From the NCBI GenBank assembly GCA_031422335.1, contig JANOQW010000013.1:47656-111655 (forward strand): a DNA stretch of 64,000 bases. Direction: 5' to 3'. Position 1 is the first letter of the stretch, and each line of letters begins with the position of its first letter. The DNA is from Methylophilaceae bacterium. GTDB taxonomy: Bacteria; Pseudomonadota; Gammaproteobacteria; Burkholderiales; Methylophilaceae. Below, piece by piece: positions 57,992 through 64,000 of this stretch. Below the pieces are notes generated by a model. That model saw only the letters and a program-made list of their open reading frames with translations. It was not told where the DNA came from and made no database searches. The position numbers and the translations under genes are program-made.

Positions 57992-59353
57992 ATTTTATCT
58001 AACAAACCCCTAAAGCAACGTATTCTCAAAGCTGGTCTTTGGATATTTAGTGGACATATGACTGCGCATGTCATACGTTTAATCAGTAATTTGATTATGA
58101 CACGTCTATTAGTACCAGAAATGTTTGGCTTGATGTCAATCGTCAGCGTGTTAATGATTAGCTTGTCCTTATTCTCAGATTTAGGCCTAAGGCAGAGTGT
58201 TATACAAAGCAAAAATGGCCAAGATGAAGCATTTTTAAATACAGTATGGTCACTGCAAGTAATTAGAGGTTTTGTGCTTTGGGGCGTTTCGGCATTGGCT
58301 GCTATTTGCACTTATATTGCCCAATCTTTAAGCTGGATGCCCAGCGATACTGTATATGCTGAGCCACTTTTGCCTTACATTATCCCTGTGGCTACATTAT
58401 CAATGATCATTGCTGGTTTTGAACCGACATGGACAGCTTTGGCTAGCAGAAATTTACAGCAATCAAAGTTAGTTAAAATTGAGCTCATTAGCCAGGTTCT
58501 GAGCTTAACAATGATGATATTGCTGGCTATGTACTACAGATCTATTTGGGCACTAGTGATGGGTGGGTTGTTCGGTAGCGTTGTACGCGCGGTCATTGTT
58601 AATTATATTTTGAAAGAAAAACGTAACCAATTCAAAATAAACAAAGTGTTTGCATATGAGATATTACATTTCGGCAAATGGATATTTTTAACCTCGACTA
58701 TTGGCGTTTTAGCGTTGAACGGCGACAAAATACTCCTAGGCGGGTTAATTACTACCAAAGAGCTAGGCATTTATAATATTGCAGCTTTTATGGTGGGGGC
58801 CGCTTCTACGATAGTTTCTAAGCTGCTAGCGGGGGTGGCATACCCCGCATTGAGTGCAACAGTAAGAGACAAGCCGCATGACTTACAGCGCATTTATTAC
58901 CGTTTTAGAATGCCTTTTGATGTAGGCATTATGTTTTTAGCAGGGTTTTTGTTTATGTCTGGTCAAGCTATCATTAGTTTTTTATACGATGCACGCTATG
59001 ATGAGGCGGGCTGGATGCTGAGTATATTGGCTTTAAGTTTGCCTGCATTAAGATATAGCTTGGCTGACCAAGGTTATTTGGCAATAGGAAAGCCTAAATT
59101 GATGACAGTGCTAATATCAATTAGAACTGTTGCTTTACTTTTGCTTCTACCATTAGGTTTTCATGAGTTTGGCTTACACGGGGCTGTATGGGCTATTGTC
59201 ATTAGTTATTTTTCTAGCCTCCCAATGGCGATTTATTACAAAAAAGCCCATCATCTTTTAGATGTTAAAAAAGAATTTATCACGTTGCCGTTTATATTTG
59301 TGGGCATAGCTTTTGGTGCTTTGTTTAATCGAGCACTACAAATACTGCTCTAA
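57992..59353 (+). CDS. wzx: Oligosaccharide flippase (Wzx); start uncertain (first ATG 58058, frame open from 57968)
   Basis: RLISNLIMTRLLVPEMFGLM, FSDLGL, NGDKILLG, LGIYNIA. An in-frame family-like N-terminus LKQRILKAGLWIFSGH precedes the first ATG. Confidence 0.82.
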   Translation: MLSNKPLKQRILKAGLWIFSGHMTAHVIRLISNLIMTRLLVPEMFGLMSIVSVLMISLSLFSDLGLRQSVIQSKNGQDEAFLNTVWSLQVIRGFVLWGVSALAAICTYIAQSLSWMPSDTVYAEPLLPYIIPVATLSMIIAGFEPTWTALASRNLQQSKLVKIELISQVLSLTMMILLAMYYRSIWALVMGGLFGSVVRAVIVNYILKEKRNQFKINKVFAYEILHFGKWIFLTSTIGVLALNGDKILLGGLITTKELGIYNIAAFMVGAASTIVSKLLAGVAYPALSATVRDKPHDLQRIYYRFRMPFDVGIMFLAGFLFMSGQAIISFLYDARYDEAGWMLSILALSLPALRYSLADQGYLAIGKPKLMTVLISIRTVALLLLLPLGFHEFGLHGAVWAIVISYFSSLPMAIYYKKAHHLLDVKKEFITLPFIFVGIAFGALFNRALQILL

Positions 59354-59434
59354 ATAGGCTATTGTTTGCAAAGCTTTTATAATATAAATTATATGATTCT
59401 AAAAGCTTATGGAATTATTTAAAGGGATTTCAGT

Positions 59435-60322
59435 ATGTTTCAACAAGCAACATTGCCAGTAAGGATAAGTGATGGGGTTTACTTAAATGTAAAAGATGCG
59501 CAAGCATTTGGAGAATCTCTGAGCGGCAACTACTGCTTTGCTGAGCCATTTCCTCATGTAGTTATTGATAATTTTTTGCCTGAAGAGGTGATAGATAAAA
59601 TTTATGATAACTTTCCAATTGATAAACTAGAGGGTGATGTAGTGTTTGAGCTTGGTTATGCAGGTTTGCATAAAAGGCAAGTTCAGCCTGCTGACTGCAA
59701 TGGCTTTACTCGCGAAGTGTTTGGTTTTTTTAACTCAGCGCCTATTGTGCAGTTCTTAGAATCACTGACGACTATTCCATCTCTAATTCCTGACCCACAT
59801 TTTGTCGGGGGCGGGTTCCATGAAACTTCTGCTGGGGGAAAGTTAGGTATACACGCAGACTTTAGAATCAATGAAGCACTGCATTTAAATAGACGAATTA
59901 ATATGATTATTTATTTAAATCAAGACTGGGATGAAGCTTATGGTGGAAAGTTAGAGCTTTGGGATAAGGCCATGAAAGACAAAGTGCACAGTATTGCACC
60001 TGTTTATAATCGATGCGTTATTTTCAATACGGATGCTGATAGTTTTCATGGGCATCCAGACCCGCTTATGACGCCGGAAGGGGTTACAAGAAAATCGCTC
60101 GCACTCTATTATTACACGGCATCAAAGCGTATTTATGAAGATTCAGTATCGCACTCGACAATGTATAAAGCCAGGGCAAGCGATGATGCAGCCACCAAAA
60201 AAGAGGTGAATAGATTAACTTTTGATAATTATTTAAAAGACTTAACACCGCCTGTTTTTTACAGGGTTTTTAGAAGAGTCAATGATAAATTGAGCGCGTT
60301 ATTAAGTAACCTCTTTCAATAA
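59435..60322 (+). CDS. 2OG-Fe(II) oxygenase (prolyl-hydroxylase-like)
   Basis: AEPFPHVVIDNFL, GGGFHE, IHADF (HxD), YGGKLELW, SFHGHP, RKSLALYYY. Confidence 0.88.
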   Translation: MFQQATLPVRISDGVYLNVKDAQAFGESLSGNYCFAEPFPHVVIDNFLPEEVIDKIYDNFPIDKLEGDVVFELGYAGLHKRQVQPADCNGFTREVFGFFNSAPIVQFLESLTTIPSLIPDPHFVGGGFHETSAGGKLGIHADFRINEALHLNRRINMIIYLNQDWDEAYGGKLELWDKAMKDKVHSIAPVYNRCVIFNTDADSFHGHPDPLMTPEGVTRKSLALYYYTASKRIYEDSVSHSTMYKARASDDAATKKEVNRLTFDNYLKDLTPPVFYRVFRRVNDKLSALLSNLFQ

Positions 60323-60377
60323 TATGTGGAAATAAAGTGCAGATGCCTCAATTGTTTCTGTTTCATAAGAGTTTAGC

Positions 60378-61322
60378 GTGCTAGTTTCAGTAATATTGGT
60401 CAGTTACAACACTGCTCAAATGAGTGTGCAAGTACTTAACAGCCTGTTTGCATCGATAGGTAATGTTGAGTTAGAGGTTTTTGTTGTCGATAATGCGTCT
60501 AAAGATGATTCTATAGAGTTAATCAAAAAAAATTATCCTGACATTACTTTAATTGAAAATAAAACCAATGTTGGCTTTGGGCGTGCAAATAATCAAGTAT
60601 TAGATAAGCTTAAAGGTGAATATGTATTGTTGCTAAACACTGACGCGTTTGTGCAAACAGATACTTTAAGCAAAACATTACAACACATACAAGCTCATCC
60701 AACATGCGGCGTATTGGGAGTTAAATTGTTAGGTCGTGACGGTGGATTACAGGCTTCGTGCCGTTACTTTCCTACTCCATTTAATATATTTGCTTCTAGG
60801 CTAGGTTTAAATCGATTTTTATCAGGTATTAAGCTGGTTGATGACGTCAATTGGGACCCAAGCAAAACACAAGCTTGCGATTGGGTGCCCGGCTGCTATT
60901 ACTTGGTTCGTAAGCAGGTGATTGAACAAGTTGGGTTGTTTGACCCCCTATATTTTTTATACTGCGAAGAAGTGGATCATTGCTATGCTGCTAAAAAAGC
61001 TGGCTGGGAGGTTACATATTTCGCTGATGCTTCAGTAGTGCACATCGGTGGTGAGAGTGCAAAATATGACAATACAATCGAGCAAAAAAGTAGGCAGATT
61101 AACCAGCTGCGCGTTGAAAGTGAGTTATTATACTTTAGAAAAAATCATGGCATATTTGGTGTCTTAAGTCACATTTTTCTTACTCACTTGGCAGATGTGT
61201 ATGACTTGTTTAAATACATAATCCGTATGCAGTTCTCTCGCTTAGCCACAACTTTTAAAAACTCCATATTGTTATGGCAAGTATTTTTTCGTACAGGTTT
61301 TGCTAAGCAATCTACACGCTAA
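60378..61322 (+). CDS. GT2 glycosyltransferase
   Basis: VSVILVSYN, VDNASKD, GFGRANN, LLLNTD, FLYCEEVD. Confidence 0.9.
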   Translation: MLVSVILVSYNTAQMSVQVLNSLFASIGNVELEVFVVDNASKDDSIELIKKNYPDITLIENKTNVGFGRANNQVLDKLKGEYVLLLNTDAFVQTDTLSKTLQHIQAHPTCGVLGVKLLGRDGGLQASCRYFPTPFNIFASRLGLNRFLSGIKLVDDVNWDPSKTQACDWVPGCYYLVRKQVIEQVGLFDPLYFLYCEEVDHCYAAKKAGWEVTYFADASVVHIGGESAKYDNTIEQKSRQINQLRVESELLYFRKNHGIFGVLSHIFLTHLADVYDLFKYIIRMQFSRLATTFKNSILLWQVFFRTGFAKQSTR

Positions 61323-61328
61323 ATTAGT

Positions 61329-62309
61329 ATGTCAAATTTAGGGGTAGTCATTATTGGCAGGAACGAAGGCGAACGATTAATTCGCTGTATTCAATCACTT
61401 CACGCATATATACCTGTTAGTGTTTATGTAGACTCAGCATCTACTGACAACTCACTCAAATCTGCAAAAAAACTGGGTGTGCATGCAATTGTCCTAGATA
61501 TGTCAACACCATTTACTGCTGCCCGTGCAAGAAATGCAGGGTTCGAAGCCTTATTGAACCTGTTTCCTCACATTGAACTTGTGCAGTTTGTTGATGGTGA
61601 TTGTGAACTGCTGCATGGTTGGCTCGAGGCGGGTGTAGAGTTTTTACAACAAAATCCTGGTGTAGCGGTGGTAAGTGGCGTGTTAAGCGAAAGGTTTCCA
61701 CAAAAAACCATTTACAATATGTTATGTGATTTAGAGTGGAAAATGCCAACAGGCAATGTTAAAGCTTGTGGTGGTAATGCAATGATGCGTGTCAGTGCCT
61801 TTAAAGCTGCAGGCGGGTTTTTAGAAACAATTATTGCGGGAGAAGAACCTGAGCTGTGCGTAAGGTTAAGAGGGCAAGGCTGGAAGATATGGCACATTAA
61901 TGTGCGCATGATGTTGCATGATGCAAATATGACGACTTTTATACAATGGTGGACACGTACGATGCGAGCTGGGTATGCATTTGCAGAAGGTAGGCATATG
62001 CATGGTTTGGCACCAGAATTTCATTGGGTGGCTGAATCTAAGCGGGCTTTATGCTGGGGCTTATATTTTCCCCTTAGCATTTTGTTTTTATTAGTTGTTA
62101 AGCCAGTATTGGGTTTTCTATTGTTATTAGTTTATCCTCTACAAATGCTGCGATTGGTACTAAAAAGTCGGCTACCATTTAAAGTGGCTAGTTTACAAGC
62201 TATTTTTCACACGATTGGAAAGTTTGCTGAAGCGCTAGGACAGCTTAAGTTTTTTTATAATCGTTGGCAAAAAAAATCAACTCAACTCATTGAATATAAG
62301 AAAAAATAA
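61329..62309 (+). CDS. GT2 glycosyltransferase
   Basis: VVIIGRNEGERL, YVDSASTD, FTAARARNAG, QFVDGDC, AGEEPELC. Confidence 0.9.
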   Translation: MSNLGVVIIGRNEGERLIRCIQSLHAYIPVSVYVDSASTDNSLKSAKKLGVHAIVLDMSTPFTAARARNAGFEALLNLFPHIELVQFVDGDCELLHGWLEAGVEFLQQNPGVAVVSGVLSERFPQKTIYNMLCDLEWKMPTGNVKACGGNAMMRVSAFKAAGGFLETIIAGEEPELCVRLRGQGWKIWHINVRMMLHDANMTTFIQWWTRTMRAGYAFAEGRHMHGLAPEFHWVAESKRALCWGLYFPLSILFLLVVKPVLGFLLLLVYPLQMLRLVLKSRLPFKVASLQAIFHTIGKFAEALGQLKFFYNRWQKKSTQLIEYKKK

Positions 62310-62326
62310 AGTCAAACTCACCATTC

Positions 62327-62893
62327 ATGAATAAACAACCTATATCTATCACCACGCCAGATTGGTCGCGTGAGAAAAAAGCTTTTTTTGCTTGGGACCC
62401 ATCACGCTCTTTATTGGCTTGCATTCGTAGCTACCAAGCCGCAAGTCAGTCAAGATATCTGTTTAGATCTATTACAAAAAAAATTGCCGTGTTAAGACAT
62501 GCTTTTTGGAGTGTTATCACTGGCGCGGAGATCCCAATCAATACACAAATTGGCGGAGGCTTATTGATACCGCATCCTAGCGGTATCGTAATCCATGCAG
62601 ATGCGATAATTGGTGTGAATTGTCTTATTTTTCAACAAGTGACGATTGGTACAAAAGACGGGTCAAAAACACCTATTTTAGCTGGGCATATAGATATTGG
62701 GGCTGGAGCAAAACTAATTGGCGAAATATATATTGGGCCTCATGTAAAGATTGGCGCAAATGCTGTTGTGTTAATTGATGTCCCAGCCAATACTTCAGCA
62801 GTTGGCATACCTGCGAGAGTTGTAAAAAAAAATGAACATCAGTTACTTAATCAATCAATATCCAAAAGTAAGTCACAGCTTTATAAGGCGTGA
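62327..62893 (+). CDS. Serine acetyltransferase-like (WcaB-like) O-acetyltransferase
   Basis: GGLLIPHPSGIVIH, QQVTIG, IGAGAK, GANAVV, VGIPARVV. Confidence 0.85.
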   Translation: MNKQPISITTPDWSREKKAFFAWDPSRSLLACIRSYQAASQSRYLFRSITKKIAVLRHAFWSVITGAEIPINTQIGGGLLIPHPSGIVIHADAIIGVNCLIFQQVTIGTKDGSKTPILAGHIDIGAGAKLIGEIYIGPHVKIGANAVVLIDVPANTSAVGIPARVVKKNEHQLLNQSISKSKSQLYKA

Positions 62894-64000
62894 GATTTTA
62901 GCTTTAGAGCGCCAAGGCTTTAAAGTGCAGCGTATTGCTTTGCGTGGCTGGAATGAGCAACTTGTTGATTTGCAAGATATTGACGAGCGCACCAAAACGC
63001 ATTATGTTATGCGTGCTGGGCTTAATTCTTTAGTACTTGCTGTACTAAGTACGCAATTAGCTTCGCCTAAGCGCTTTTATGTTGCCTTTAAATGTATGTT
63101 TCAGTTGGCACGCCAATCAGATAAATCGTTGCTTTATCACCTAATATATCTAGCAGAAGCTTGCAAATGTCTATCCTGGCTAGAAGCGCATCAAAGCCAG
63201 CATGTCCATGCACATTTTGGTACAAACTCTGCAGAAATCGCCATGTTAGCGAGCGTGCTTTCGGATGTGCCTTATAGCTTTACGGTGCACGGTCCTGAGG
63301 AGTTTGATAAACCGCTAGCGCTAGGCTTAAGTAAAACAGTTAGCTTAGCTAAATTCGTTGTTGCAATTAGCTCGTTCGGGCGCAGTCAGCTTTATCGTTG
63401 GGCTGACTTTGCTGATTGGCCTAAAATAAAAGTGGTGCATTGTGGACTAGAGGCAGGTTTTTATAATGTGCCAGCAAAAGCTATCCCTGTAAAACCTAGT
63501 TTAGTCTGTGTAGGCAGGTTGTGTGAGCAAAAAGGTCAAATGCTGTTGGTTGAAGCAGCAAAACAATTGAGAGATGATGGTATTGAGTTTGAGTTGGTAT
63601 TGGCTGGAGATGGGGAAATGCGGGCTGATGTTGAAAATTTAATCATTAAATATGCATTACAGAACCAAATTAAAATTACTGGCTGGATAAGTAGCGAAGC
63701 GGTGAGGGCACATATTTTGGATGCAAAGGCATTAGTATTACCTAGTTTTGGCGAAGGATTGCCAGTGGTGATTATGGAGGCTATGTCACTGCATCGACCT
63801 GTGATTTCTACTTATATTGCGGGCATTCCAGAGCTGGTAAAGCCTGGCGAAAATGGCTGGCTATGCGTGGCGGGTGATGTTGGCGATTTAACGCGTGCCA
63901 TGCGCGAGGCTTTGAGCACGTCTTTGGCAGACTTGCAAACAATGGGCGATGCGGCTTTTAAGCGCGTGATTCAACAACATAACATAGACATAGAAGCCGC
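62832..64000 (+). CDS. GT4 glycosyltransferase (WcaL-like), truncated by window end; absent from the ORF track
   Basis: Open from ATG 62832: MNISYLINQYPKVSHSFIRREI...HVHAHFGTNSA...VGRLCEQKG...LPSFGEGLPVVIMEAM. Confidence 0.9.
   Translation, partial: MNISYLINQYPKVSHSFIRREILALERQGFKVQRIALRGWNEQLVDLQDIDERTKTHYVMRAGLNSLVLAVLSTQLASPKRFYVAFKCMFQLARQSDKSLLYHLIYLAEACKCLSWLEAHQSQHVHAHFGTNSAEIAMLASVLSDVPYSFTVHGPEEFDKPLALGLSKTVSLAKFVVAISSFGRSQLYRWADFADWPKIKVVHCGLEAGFYNVPAKAIPVKPSLVCVGRLCEQKGQMLLVEAAKQLRDDGIEFELVLAGDGEMRADVENLIIKYALQNQIKITGWISSEAVRAHILDAKALVLPSFGEGLPVVIMEAMSLHRPVISTYIAGIPELVKPGENGWLCVAGDVGDLTRAMREALSTSLADLQTMGDAAFKRVIQQHNIDIEA

Noticed and set aside
107-61909. Numerous 60-270 aa ORFs in the track that overlap the called genes (e.g. 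13357-13884, 20000-20605, 22713-23522)
   Set aside because: They are antisense or alternate-frame shadows of well-supported genes and show no family motifs.
1-64000. CRISPR array, tRNA/rRNA genes, integrase or transposase
   Set aside because: No regularly spaced repeat-spacer pattern, cloverleaf or recombinase motif was recognised by eye. A tRNAscan, cmscan or CRISPR search would be needed to exclude them formally.

Overview
The window looks like chromosomal DNA from a betaproteobacterial methylotroph, most likely Methylophilaceae (Methylotenera/Methylophilus-like). This is inferred from pqqDE, the epsA/epsB pair and the general gene content. The left half (1-28.9 kb) is mostly housekeeping: end of the pqq operon, a Bcr/CflA MFS pump, ygjP, a ferredoxin-type sulfate assimilation operon (cysI-DUF934-cysH-cysD-cysN-fdxA) with tauE and cysB, fasciclin, a YjgR-like ATPase, fhs, yigZ, an AI-2E transporter, rmuC, moaDE, a LonC-like protease, an Nramp-like transporter and hslR. 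Embedded in it are an AT-rich single Schlafen/AlbA_2 gene and a CHASE2-SH3-M48 operon whose sensor appears to end in a decayed nucleotide-cyclase domain. The right half holds two glycan loci. Locus I (29.0-46.3 kb) has a MarR-EPS regulator, a CDP-based C- and O-methylated deoxysugar pathway, Wzx, two glycosyltransferases and a PglCDEF-like set, but no Wzy. Locus II (47.0 kb to the window end) has epsA/epsB, Wza/Wzc export, a small Tat-like ORF plus GMC oxidoreductase, an inverted acyltransferase/Wzy pair, Wzx, a 2OG-Fe(II) oxygenase and glycosyltransferases. Non-coding signals read from the sequence include a three-copy ~39-bp hairpin repeat, a ~100-bp palindromic element, a 3x16-bp tandem repeat over a start codon, an operator-like palindrome, and a sigma54/IHF/UAS promoter before epsA. 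No tRNA, rRNA, CRISPR array or transposase was recognised. All family assignments come from motif recognition, not database searches.
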